DNA of 63,014 nucleotides, filler included, from Octopus bimaculoides (Eukaryota): NCBI RefSeq assembly GCF_001194135.2. It is 5 parts of 5 records of this genome, joined end to end, with 100 filler letters (N's around TTAATTAATTAA, not from the genome) between each part and the next. Parts side by side here need not be neighbours in the genome. Positions count along the whole stretch, not along the records: positions 1 to 27,138 come from NC_068985.1; 4 more parts are not named here. One strand, 5' to 3'. Shown piece by piece: positions 1 to 12,570 of this stretch (position 1 is its first letter; each line of letters starts with the position of its first letter). The notes under the pieces were generated by a model. It saw only the letters and a program-made list of their open reading frames with translations, ran no database searches and was not told where the DNA came from. The position numbers and the translations under genes were made by a program.

Positions 1-1141
1 ATTTGGCCTTGATAAATGTGCAAAAGCTACCTTAATCAAAAGAAAAATGATAAAAACATCTACTGTGAACCTTGACCAGCAAAATGTCTTAAAAGAGTTA
101 GAACCAGCGGAGAACTACAAATACGTAGGAGTAATTGAAGGGGACAATATCAAGCACTCCGTGATGAGGGAAAGGATCAGAAGAGAATGTTATCGCAGGG
201 TGAGAGCAATACTGAAGACAGAGCTGAACGCAAGAGATAGAATCGAAGCGATCAATGCTCTAGCCATACCAGTCGTGGCTTACAGTTTCAATATCGTTAA
301 TTGGTCAATTACTGAAATATGTAAGGTTGACAGGAAAATACGAAAACTGTTGACAATGCATAGAATGCACCACCCTAATGCAGATATAGAATGTCTTTAT
401 CTGCCAAGAAAAGAGGAAGGCCGTGGGCTTCTACAGCTGGCATTAACAATGAAGATAGATAAAATTGGCCTAGACACCTATTTGAAAAACTTTGAGGACT
501 GGATGCTAAAACTTGTCTCAAAACATGAAAGCAAGAAAGCATCTTACTCAGTAACAAAACAGGCAAAGGAATATCTAAGTGAATTCCAATTACAACAAAT
601 TCAAGACTTAGACGAACTAGAAACACCCGCAGAAAAAGCTAAGCGCTTGAAAACCCGTGCTACAATTGCTGCCTTAGATATTATGACTGAAAAATGGCAT
701 GGAAAACCTCTCAATGGCAAACACCCAAAGTGAGCGAATAATGCAGATATTGACAAAGCCCCTACCTATCAATGGCTAATGGCCTCTGGCTTGAAATCAG
801 AAACAGAGGGGTTTATCATAGCAGCCCAAGATCAATGCCTACCTACAAAGAACTACCAGGCCAACATATTAAAGAACGGCAGCTCCCCATTATGTCGTAT
901 ATGCCAACAACAAAATGAGACCATCGATCATGTTGTCTCCATGTGCAGTCGGCTTGCGCCTACAGAGTATCTCAACAGGCATGATAGTGCTGCACAATAT
1001 ATTCACTGGGTAATATGCAAAAACCTGGACTTGACCCATGATAAAAACTGGTGGGAACACAAACCACCCCCAGTACTTGAAAATGATCACATCGCACTCC
1101 TCTGGAACTTCACCATTCAAACTGACAGAAAGATATATGCA
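1..1141 (+). mobile_element. RLE non-LTR retrotransposon (R4/Dong-like) ORF fragment: RT C-terminus/thumb, CCHC zinc finger, start of RLE; runs into gap
   Basis: One frame from base 2: FGLDKCA, YKYVGV, LYLPRKEEGRGL, ETEGFIIAAQDQ, CRICQQQNETIDHVVSMC, LWNFTIQTDR. ORFs 47-733 and 779-1141 are in frame, split by a single TGA (731-733). Confidence 0.92.
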
Positions 1142-1686
1142 NNNNNNNNNNNNNNNNNNNNNNNNNNNNNNNNNNNNNNNNNNNNNNNNNNNNNNNNNNN
1201 NNNNNNNNNNNNNNNNNNNNNNNNNNNNNNNNNNNNNNNNNNNNNNNNNNNNNNNNNNNNNNNNNNNNNNNNNNNNNNNNNNNNNNNNNNNNNNNNNNNN
1301 NNNNNNNNNNNNNNNNNNNNNNNNNNNNNNNNNNNNNNNNNNNNNNNNNNNNNNNNNNNNNNNNNNNNNNNNNNNNNNNNNNNNNNNNNNNNNNNNNNNN
1401 NNNNNNNNNNNNNNNNNNNNNNNNNNNNNNNNNNNNNNNNNNNNNNNNNNNNNNNNNNNNNNNNNNNNNNNNNNNNNNNNNNNNNNNNNNNNNNNNNNNN
1501 NNNNNNNNNNNNNNNNNNNNNNNNNNNNNNNNNNNNNNNNNNNNNNNNNNNNNNNNNNNNNNNNNNNNNNNNNNNNNNNNNNNNNNNNNNNNNNNNNNNN
1601 NNNNNNNNNNNNNNNNNNNNNNNNNNNNNNNNNNNNNNNNNNNNNNNNNNNNNNNNNNNNNNNNNNNNNNNNNNNNNNNNNNNNNN

Positions 1687-1687
<1 letters not shown>

Positions 1688-1740
<53 letters not shown>
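1688..1740 (+). repeat. (AAT)n array, probable 3' tail/target of the upstream RLE element
   Basis: Pure AAT run just after the gap that hides the element's 3' end; same arrangement as 22102 and 23559. Confidence 0.7.
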
Positions 1741-2120
1741 CACCATTACCACTACCGCCACCATGTTCATGTTATCCTAATTGTCATCCTTTCTATTTCT
1801 AACATTTTTTTTCTCTAGTTTAATTTAAGTAACAAATAAAGCTTTGACTTAAATAGCAAATACATCTATAAATAAAAGAATAAAAAAAGAAGTAATTACT
1901 ATGGAAACGTTGAAGAGGTATTTTGATTTTTCTGTTGTACTTCTTTTCTCTCATTTCCCGTAGTTTTGTCTTCTTTCTTTTCTCAAAATAACATTTGTAT
2001 TGTTTACTGAGTGGAACGAAATGAATAGATATTTTAAAACACATAACAATAACAACAAAAATGATAATAGAATTCAAAACAGTAAATAAGGAAAATATAT
2101 ATATGCGTCTATGTGTGTGA

Positions 2121-2164
<44 letters not shown>

Positions 2165-3014
2165 GTGGAAGTAGGTATGTATAGGCGGCTGAGAAATTGC
2201 GAAGGAGATTGAAGATAACTTCAGGAAAACTGCTTTAGAAAACATTCGTTTATTTAAGATAGTTTTGCGATAATAGGAACAAATAAACTCCTAAATACGT
2301 AGAGAAAAATAAAGAAATATATAAAAGCAGAAAACAATCTGAACATTTGGTTTGTGATTGAAAATCTAATCAACATAATTAGAAAAACGCTCATTCGTGA
2401 AAGAAAACTACGTCGTTTCTCCCTTTTTTATATATATTTTTATTTCAAAGTAGTGAAGAAGGTCGGGAAGTATTCTTTGAAACGAATTGCATTCAAATAT
2501 TTCATTGTTTAATGTTTACTGTTGACGACATAACTATCTAAGAAAAGATGAAAACGGTTACCATTATAACTTATATAACGACCGATTATAACAGTTGTTT
2601 TATTGGTTAAATTAGCAAACTGATTTTGTTTAGGATAATTAGCACCATAGGTTAATTAATATCAATTGCAGTCAATATATTATGTTGCTGGGTGAGATTT
2701 CATTTCATCCTACTGCCTCGGATCCATTTTATCTGGTTTATTTCTATTGGAGATAATCTTATGAATGTTACATGACAACCTCATTTTATTTAAAGAATGT
2801 TCAATAAATATCTCTTCTTTCCATACTGCTTATGTTTTCATATTCTTAAACTACTATCACTGTATATCTGATTCTAATTAATCCTCATAAGCGATACTAG
2901 ATAGTTATATGACCAGCAAGAAATGACAATTTTATTCTCTTTTCACAATACCTAAAAAGTCCTGGATATAAGGCAGCAAGTTTCAGAAATGTCAGAGTAT
3001 CTGAATGGAATATC

Positions 3015-3180
3015 TTGCGATATTTGTTCCGATTCTTTGCGTTTCGAGTTCAAATACAATCTAGATCTACATAGGATGTCATCCCTCCGTGGTCAATAAA
3101 ATGAAATACCAGCCAAGTAGTGGTATCGATAATATCTACTAAAACTTCCCCTCCAAATTGCTGGCCACGTATTAGAAAAA
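3015..3180 (+). mobile_element. Degenerate SINE, family A
   Basis: gagttcaaat...tcatccctccgtggtcaataaaatgaaataccag...ccaaattgctggcc aligns loosely to better copies (28803, 59201). Confidence 0.4.
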
Positions 3181-4149
3181 AGGTCATCCTGGATATAATG
3201 TCTAACAGTAAGTTGAGATGATCATGGTTAGAAGGCTCTGTCCACAAGTTTACTTGATCGGAAATGGTTAGGAAATAAAAACAGTGGCGGAAGCATCAGC
3301 AGAAACAACAACTGCAACAGCGAAACTAACTCTGACTACTTCTAAAGGTAGGATTTAAGATACCTTATCTGAGATAAATCAGGATTTTTCTTTAACAATT
3401 TATTTTTCAATAATCAATAACCATATCTGAAGTAATCTAATCAATGGAAATGTTTGGTGTGTTATCGCGTGTATAATGTTTGCTTGGCTCCTTATAATCT
3501 AACCCCCTTTTCATAATTAAAGCACAAGCAATAATTAACATCTAACGGCAACTACTAATATGCTTCTTTGGAAGAAATGAAACTAATTACAAATTTACAA
3601 ATAACAAAGTTAACAAACTCTACTAATAAAACTTTTATATATTGAATTCATGATTTCTGAACAAATCAATTTCCTTACATTATAATTTAATAACACTCCT
3701 TTCTGAAAATTTGATTAAGATCTTTCTATTATTTAGATGATGCTATTGGCCGCCATAGCTGACTTCGATCCATTTTAAAACATAATCCTTCTTTCACATC
3801 GATCATATGGTTCATTTTTTTTTTTCAGTTTCTATACCTTTGAGTTCTGAAAAGTTACATCGAAATATTCGTACGTTAAGGCAAGCAAACATTATTACTT
3901 AGGGCGACGCTTTGATGTGTAGGGTTAGAAAAAATGACTTGCTTTGTAATTATGTAGTTTCTGCTAGGATCCATCTCCATCATTGTAACACTTGATTAGA
4001 TGTATTTGACTATATCCCAATTTAAAATCTGTGGTCTTGTATCAATGTAAAGATTTTTTTTATATATATATGCGATTACTGCTATTTATTTTCTTGGAAG
4101 ATTTCTGCAAACCATCTTACTTCAGGATAAACCATTAAAATAATAACCA

Positions 4150-4680
4150 AAACCCCACAAAATGAGCCTCTATGAGGTCCCTACATCTGGTGGTGCTCTT
4201 GGTCAGTTGGGTCTAAGTAAAGAAGAGGTTAGATAATGCAATCATTGGTTTCATGAATACTGAAAAAAACAAGTTGTCACGGCCTGAATGATTTGATCAC
4301 GGTTAGTTGGAGCTAAACAATAACACATGGAACAACATGAAAAAGACACTGTTAGAAGGTCGTTAGATTTGAATTATTATATTGTGTGTATCAGCACGCC
4401 ACTATTGTGTGTTGGTTTTGGCGAGTCTGATGAAGTCGGAAATGTGACAGTCAAAAGCCTTTTGTGTACGTAGCGTGGATTTAGAATTAAAACAGGTAGC
4501 AAATACAATAGCTTTATCAACAGGAGTCCTATTTACATAGTCAGCATGTTTGAAGAATGGATATTTGGAGGGTAAACGCCCTGAGGATTTCTGTGATGTC
4601 AAGTCACTGAACATGACAAATGTTTTCATAGGAATGTAAGTTGAGAAGTTTAATACAGAATGAAGAATGGACAAATAACT
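4150..4680 (-). pseudogene. Possible CR1/L2-group LINE relic (EN-RT linker)
   Basis: Minus ORF contains TPVDKAIVFATCFNSKSTL, like the KA..FA..F.SNSTL linker of CR1/L2-type ORF2; RT motifs not clearly retained. Confidence 0.35.
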
Positions 4681-5100
4681 AGTGGGCTGGGAGATTAAGA
4701 GTTAGATGGAAGAGAAGAACAGAAGAGGAATAAAAAAGAATGACTCTGGGCAAAATTAGATTAATGTCCTTGTTGTTGTTGGGCCCCAGGTCAGTTCTTG
4801 TCAAGAAGATATATGTTGAAATAATACAATGTAGCTGTAGTCAACTTAAATTCCGACACAGATGTGACAAAGGTCACTTGAACTAGTTATTCGCTCCTCT
4901 TGTTAAGGTTACAGAGCAATGTAAAGAAGATTTGGTTGGTATTTCCTGCAGATAGAGTAACACTGTGATGCATATTTTGTTCTTTCGTAAGAGTAATTGG
5001 TTTTCTAAATCAGTTAATTACAAGGAAAACAGAGACCCTTTTTTTTTTGGAGTCAATTCTATATATACGAACATATTCATATCTACACGATAATATATAA

Positions 5101-5226
5101 GCCGAGGTCGACTTTTCCTTTTATCCTTTCAGATTCGGTAAATTAAGTACCAGTTGCGTACTGGTATCGTTCTCATCCACTGGCTCCTCCCCCAAAATTT
5201 CGGGCCTTGTGCCTAGAGTAGAAAAG
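5101..5226 (+). mobile_element. SINE family A, 3' half
   Basis: gccgaggtcgac...aagtaccagttgcgtactgg...aaatttcgggccttgtgcctagagtagaaaag matches other copies. Confidence 0.85.
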
Positions 5227-5586
5227 TATATATATATATATATATNNNNNNNNNNNNNNNNNNNNNNNNNNNNNNNNNNNNNNNNNNNNNNNNNNNNNNN
5301 NNNNNNNNNNNNNNNNNNNNNNNNNNNNNNNNNNNNNNNNNNNNNNNNNNNNNNNNNNNNNNNNNNNNNNNNNNNNNNNNNNNNNNNNNNNNNNNNNNNN
5401 NNNNNNNNNNNNNNNNNNNNNNNNNNNNNNNNNNNNNNNNNNNNNNNNNNNNNNNNNNNNNNNNNNNNNNNNNNNNNNNNNNNNNNNNNNNNNNNNNNNN
5501 NNNNNNNNNNNNNNNNNNNNNNNNNNNNNNNNNNNNNNNNNNNNNNNNNNNNNNNNNNNNNNNNNNNNNNNNNNNNNNNNNNNNNN

Positions 5587-5632
<46 letters not shown>

Positions 5633-5656
5633 GTGTGTGTGTGTGTGTGTGAAAAC

Positions 5657-5750
5657 ATGAAAGGCAAAGTCGAATTGGCGAAATTTGAGCTCAGAATAAG
5701 AAGACGGACGAAATGCTACTAAGCACCTTCTCCGGTGTGCTAACAATTCT
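5657..5750 (-). mobile_element. SINE family A, 5' half
   Basis: Reverse complement of the head (gttagcaca..., ctgagctcaaatt, gactttgcctttcat). Confidence 0.75.
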
Positions 5751-6374
5751 TTTCTACTCTACACAACGCCCAAAATATTTAATTACCAATAATGTTTTGA
5801 TATTCTCTGCATGAAACAGATTAACATAGGCTTACTTAATGTTCATATGGCTGGTATCTTCGAAAGACGAGATTCCGGATTTCAGATGTGCAGTGAGGGT
5901 CACGTATCAACACATTCACAGACGAATATAACATATACAACGGACAATATAGATCGTTTCTATAAAGTATAACATTTTTATTCTCTCTGACTTGCTTTGT
6001 AATAAATTAATCTAACACGATTCTTAATGTTTTACAAACCATTTATTACAGTAGAAGACAACACAGCGTGTCTGAAGTTCTTACGGTGTATGTATATTTT
6101 TGAGAAAACAAATAAACCACACACGGCTTAGTGATATACTACGGTTAAGTCCATTACAAATAAAAAAACAACAAAGTAGAGAATAATCCTTTCGGAGATT
6201 AAGAGGGATTTTTACTTTCTCGTTTATATATTTTTTGCGAGATTATGTATTTAGTCATTTAGTTGTAAATGACAAAACATGAACAATAAAGATAAGTGTA
6301 CGTATTTAGATATGGATACAGATATGTTTATCCATCGATTTCATTATCCATATTTTTCTCCTGCCCTCACTCCC

Positions 6375-6476
<102 letters not shown>

Positions 6477-6654
6477 ACTATCTTTCCAACACTATTTGCA
6501 TATAGATGCAGACAAACATTCTGTGTTTGGAGGCACACTCACAAACTAATATTCATACACACATACATACATCCATATAATATATATGTGTATACACACA
6601 CGCACATATATTTATATACACACAAACACACATATATACATATATACCATATAT

Positions 6655-6717
<63 letters not shown>

Positions 6718-6882
6718 NNNNNNNNNNNNNNNNNNNNNNNNNNNNNNNNNNNNNNNNNNNNNNNNNNNNNNNNNNNNNNNNNNNNNNNNNNNNNNNNNNN
6801 NNNNNNNNNNNNNNNNNNNNNNNNNNNNNNNNNNNNNNNNNNNNNNNNNNNNNNNNNNNNNNNNNNNNNNNNNNNNNNNNNN

Positions 6883-6945
<63 letters not shown>

Positions 6946-6989
6946 ACCTACATACATATACAGATTTCCTCCATACGAAGAGATAAAGT

Positions 6990-7405
6990 GTCTCTGCAAG
7001 CTGCATTGTATAAGTGGCTCGCTTTATAGTCACATGGTTTCCTTTTCCGTGGCACCTTGGACAAGTCTTCATTTATAACCCCGGTTCCACTAATAACTTT
7101 TGCATGAACTTGAACCTGGTTGAAGGAAATTGTAAAAACTCGTCGTATGTGTGTGTGGGTGTATGTGTGCGTGCGAGCACCTTTGTGTGTGGTTATGTTT
7201 GTGTGTCAATATATAGAGATAACTGTATGTATGTGTGGGCAGGCGTTTCTGTGTGTTTGTCTCTTTGCACCGCTTGAAATTCAATGTTGTTTTATTTACA
7301 TTCAAAGCTTACTATATAAGCACTAGGTTCCATTTGTACGTTTAAGCCTAAAGATCGTATCGCAGGATGGTCGCAATCCAATGACTGAAAATAAAAAGCA
7401 AACGA
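6990..7405 (+). mobile_element. Degenerate SINE family B (tRNA head, CORE-like domain, internal GT microsatellite, 3' tail)
   Basis: gtggcaccttggacaagtc CORE-like segment, GT-rich middle, tail ggtcgcaatccaatgactgaaaataaaaag similar to 61830-61866. Confidence 0.55.
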
Positions 7406-9361
7406 ATACTTGCTAGATGTTAACGTCATGTCAGCAAACGCCCTATCTTTGCACATGTTTGCCGTATTGTCGCTGCTCCGCTCATTATTACATACACCGC
7501 ACTCTTACAGAATGTATGTAGTACAGGCCAGTGAATTAGCATATTGAATGTGGTGATATTCCTTAGTTGCTGACCTGCATATTATCTCAGTTGCTGTATT
7601 CGAATGTACGCCGTCAATTTATAGTTGGATGGAAACATGAGATTTAATTGACATTTAAAAAGTGGGTTAGGACTGCATAATACGTTCACCTTAGATGTGG
7701 CAGTTACAAACGATCGTACGCCACGAGGTTTATTCTGTGAAGGTTTAAAAACTGTTAAGTACACAAGAAGCAAAGTAGAAAATAATAGGTGACTTGAAGA
7801 GAGACTACAAACCCAGCAAATTTCGAGACAAAGTATCCTGCTTCTATGCACAGTGAAATGCATATGTTTATATGCAATCTAAAGGATTGGCGTTGGTTAA
7901 TGAAATCATCTATCTGTGGACAGTCAACAATCCTATTCGCCGAAGGCCTCAGGTTTTTGTTGTTGTATTTGATTAAGTATCTCTGATTGTAAGCGTTGAT
8001 GCTTGTTGGTTGAAAAAGACCATCGTTTCACAATAGATTTCACCCTAATTTAGCGAATGCAAACTAAAATACCAAAATATGGCGTGACCTTGATATTAAA
8101 CAGATCAAAAAGTAAATGTTAAGAGAATGTGACTTGTAATTGAATAGTAGCTGAGTTGATATTGTAGTCTGAGTAACAAGAGTAATGTTAACATGGCATG
8201 CCAAACTACATTAATTTTTTCTGCTATGATCTTTCTCTATTGTCTTTCACTTTCTCTCAAATCCTGACATCGGAATCAACATATTTTTAATGAGCTTTAA
8301 CGATTTCAGGATAGTGCATAGTACACAGCTCGTGACACTATACATCCTAGATCGATTAAGGTAACATTCACATATTAATCTTTTAGTGGCTCACATTTAA
8401 ATAGTTTGTTTATTAAATAATATCAACTCACGCTTGATAGAGTATTTCTTTGATTGATTACATCAATAACGTAACAGCACTCCTTATGTGTTCATACATA
8501 GATGCCCTCTTATATATCTAGATACATAAATACACGCAAGCATATGTAGTGATAGGGCGATTAGAATTTCTTTACAGGAAATGCCATTACACCAATCAGT
8601 AAATATCACCACAAGATATCATATGATTGGCAGTTTGGGCGAACACAGCCTACTGCAGATGATACACATATTTTCAGTCTGAAACGTGTTTGGAATTGAA
8701 GGCAAATCCTCTATACGAAGCTCTCTTATCAAGATGGAGCCTTCGATTTTCCGTATTTCAAATGCTTTTCATATGTGTGCGTTTGTTTTTCTATATGTGT
8801 TTGTGTTTGCGCGAAAGAGAGAGAGAGAGAGACTGACGGACAGAGAGAAAGAGAGCCAGAGAGCGGGAAATAGAATCAGACAGAGTGAGAGAGTGAGCCA
8901 GACAGAGGGAGAGAGAGAGAGTATTGTTATTAAAAGCTTACATTTAGAATATATTTTGATCTCGCCCTCAGTTATAAGAATTCCATTTCTTGGTATACGT
9001 TAGAAATCACCTGTATTATAGTAATGAACAGTATAGTGATCATGTAATCTATGAAAAGGAAGCAATCAAAGAAATATACGCAATTATAAATCCCCCCCNN
9101 NNNNNNNNNNNNNNNNNNNNNNNNNNNNNNNNNNNNNNNNNNNNNNNNNNNNNNNNNNNNNNNAGGTATATCAATATATTAATTTTTCTTAGAAAGCAGA
9201 TTTACTAATTTCCATGGAACACGGATAACTCTTCTGGCAACAACTGACCATAGGATATAGCCCAAGCTACTGATGTGTTTCTCAGTTTGATGAGATACAA
9301 TACAATACCAAAATAATAAATATATACAATAAACACACACAATCACACACACACACACACG

Positions 9362-9403
<42 letters not shown>

Positions 9404-9850
9404 TACGTATGTATTTATGTATATATGCATGTATGTATATATATTTGATATATATAATATACAATATAATATACATATATGCGTACTTATATATATATAA
9501 ACGCTGCAATAACATAACATGAGCTATAGATTAGAAAGAACACTCACCGATGTTGAAACGATAGCACTCTTCGATATTCAACCACCTGCTCTATACAAAC
9601 GAAATGATTTGAAATCGATATAAAATGTGCTATTCAAAAAGCATCAGAACACGACATTTTCGCCGAAACGTTGCAAAATGTCATTACGGGTTGATAAATA
9701 AAACATACAAAGTGTATCTAAGTCAGTTTTCATTGGAAACAGAGGTATGTTCTACGGACATCAGAAGTAAAGGTCAAATCGAAGCAAACGATCAAGAAAA
9801 ACCACATACAAAGCGTTTGGCTGGGATAGTTTGCTTTGGGTGTCAATGAG

Positions 9851-9891
<41 letters not shown>

Positions 9892-10147
9892 GTGTCTGTG
9901 TGTCTGTGTCTGTGTGTCTGTGTCTGTGTCTGTGTGTCTGTGAGTATGTATGCAGCTATACACATATATAGACAGAAAGATATGCATCAAAATACATACG
10001 TATAAACATATGTGTAAGTATACGTGTATATATGCACATATATATGTGTAGATATATATATATATATCTATATACATATGCATACATATAAGTGTGTACG
10101 CATATATTTATGTGTTTGTATACATATACACACATATATACATGTAT

Positions 10148-10189
<42 letters not shown>

Positions 10190-11806
10190 NNNNNNNNNNN
10201 NNNNNNNNNNNNNNNNNNNNNNNNNNNNNNNNNNNNNNNNNNNNNNNNNNNNNNNNNNNNNNNNNNNNNNNNNNNNNNNNNNNNNNNNNNNNNNNNNNNN
10301 NNNNNNNNNNNNNNNNNNNNNNNNNNNNNNNNNNNNNNNNNNNNNNNNNNNNNNNNNNNNNNNNNNNNNNNNNNNNNNNNNNNNNNNNNNNNNNNNNNNN
10401 NNNNNNNNNNNNNNNNNNNNNNNNNNNNNNNNNNNNNNNNNNNNNNNNNNNNNNNNNNNNNNNNNNNNNNNNNNNNNNNNNNNNNNNNNNNNNNNNNNNN
10501 NNNNNNNNNNNNNNNNNNNNNNNNNNNNNNNNNNNNNNNNNNNNNNNNNNNNNNNNNNNNNNNNNNNATATATATATATATATATATGCATATATATATA
10601 TATATATATATATTGACATATATACACATATATGTGTGTGTATGTGTGTGTGCGTGTGTGTATGTATATATATATGAATATACATATGAAGATATACATA
10701 TATATATATGAACAGCATATATGTATGAACAGTCGGACACACTCACGTACGCGCGCACCACTCCTCCACCCACATTTATATTTGCTAGACGTAAATATGA
10801 ATACATAGCAATGCATTTACCATCGTAAGTGATAGACAAAATGCACATTCTCAATACACTTTTAACGAACATTTCTAGTACCAGCAAATATGGCCACATT
10901 CTAAATTTACGATGCGGGCGAAGTATATGAAATTCTGAAGCGCCAATATCGTTATGTCTTTCCAAGTGGAGCCGCAAATTTTCCCATTGAAATTTCATTA
11001 CACTCCTACCACGGTCATATGTTTAGAATGTACAACGGAAAAGTTAGAAATATAAATGTTTGAAGCTGAGTCAACGAACTGTGGGTAGACGAAGAATGAG
11101 ATGCTGGGATTATACGCATAATGTCATTTGCACACACTCGGAAATTTAGTCAGGAACCTGTGATGACGAATGCTTCTGATGAGATTCTATGGAGTAGGTA
11201 CCTGAGGAATCTATACCCACGACGGTCCCAGGAATAGCAGCTGGAGAAAATGGATAGATGGATCTGATATTATATTATTCAATTATTATTGGTTCGAGGA
11301 AATGAACTGTTTCATATACATAATATAAATTTCACATTTGGATCATAAACTAAATAGTAAATTGTTTCCTAATATAATTAATTGGAGCCTCAAACAGGAT
11401 GAATTCGGCCTCAGTTAATAGGCTCATAATGCAAAACATATTTTAGAACTGAAACATAGAATTACAGTGAGAAGACGTACGGTAAGGTTTCTGTTTCTGT
11501 TTTCCAGTTTCAGTAGGCGTAAAGCACGACATCCATTCACTTAATAATAGGAATTTAATTCTCGCACCAATGAGTTTATAACGAAGCTTCCAATAGAATT
11601 TTATAGATAATTGCCGCTATATATAAACCAAATGTCGCAACTACAAAATAGCATGTTGATAAATGCATATGCTCAAAACGGAAAACAACTACTTACCTAT
11701 CAAACTATATAGCAACCTAGTTGCATGCATACCAATCTACATAAACATATCCATATATACATACACATATGGATACATATATACATCAATATATATACAT
11801 ATACAT

Positions 11807-11851
<45 letters not shown>

Positions 11852-12056
11852 NNNNNNNNNNNNNNNNNNNNNNNNNNNNNNNNNNNNNNNNNNNNNNNNN
11901 NNNNNATATATAGGCCAGTGAGCATTGTTGTCGGAGAAGTCAGCATTTTCCAATATATGTATATATATATATATACATATATATTAGACAAAATAAGATA
12001 ACGAAGCCAAGGTTGCGAGGAGTTTTCAGGATATTAATAAGGTAAGGGATATGGAT

Positions 12057-12110
12057 ATGGTCTTACAACTGTTTCTAGGATATTATGGATATCCTTACAT
12101 CAGAGACGAT
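12057..12110 (-). ncRNA. Minimal type-I hammerhead ribozyme motif, core-mutated copy
   Basis: Minus strand: ATCGTCT CTGATGT A AGGATAT CCATA ATATCCT A GAAAC AGTT GTA AGACCAT. Stem I 6/7 paired, 7-bp stem II, GUA triplet, CUGAUGA changed to CUGAUGU. Confidence 0.7.
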
Positions 12111-12377
12111 GTGAGATGGTTGAATAGAAGTAGATATTTGAGTTAGGAATAAAGAATTATTATGGAAAAGGAGGAGATAGGTATTATATAGGGAAATAAT
12201 AAAATGAATGTAGAAATAAAATATAAAACATAAAAATAAACTATAGAATATACTATATATTTTTATATTCTATTTCTACGTTCATATTTTATTCCCCCCT
12301 TTATCCCCTATCTCCTCCTTTTCCATAATGATTCCTTATTTCGAACCGAAATATTTACTTCTATTTAACTATCTCAC

Positions 12378-12431
12378 ATCGTCTCTGATGAAGGGATATC
12401 CATAATATCCCAGAAACAGGTGTCAGAGGAT
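12378..12431 (+). ncRNA. Minimal type-I hammerhead ribozyme motif, catalytic core intact
   Basis: ATCGTCT CTGATGA A GGGATAT CCATA ATATCCC A GAAAC AGGT GTC AGAGGAT. CUGAUGA and GAAA cores, 7-bp stem II, 2-bp stem III, GUC triplet (cleavage predicted after 12424), stem I 6/7 paired. Atypical A.A apposition at the base of stem II. Confidence 0.78.
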
Positions 12432-12501
12432 ATCTATATCTTTTTCCCTCTCAATCTCCTTAAAACTCGTCACAGCCTTGGCTTTGTTATCTCATTTTGT
12501 C

Positions 12502-12570
<69 letters not shown>

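Larger units (their letters stand above)
11984..12504. mobile_element. 521-bp foldback element with a hammerhead motif in each arm; probably Penelope-derived and non-autonomous
   Basis: Left end ttagacaaaataagataacgaagccaagg is the reverse complement of the right end ...ccttggctttgttatctcattttgtctaa. Pairing continues at roughly 80% identity by eye to an AT-rich centre at about 12230-12260. Flanked by (TA)n and (CA)n. Confidence 0.9.

Noticed and set aside
4423-4450. CTGATGA...GAAA close together
   Set aside because: No room for stem II and no stem I; lies in a LINE-like relic.
11175-11225. CTGATGA with gattc/gaatc pairing
   Set aside because: No GAAA or NUH site after the stem.
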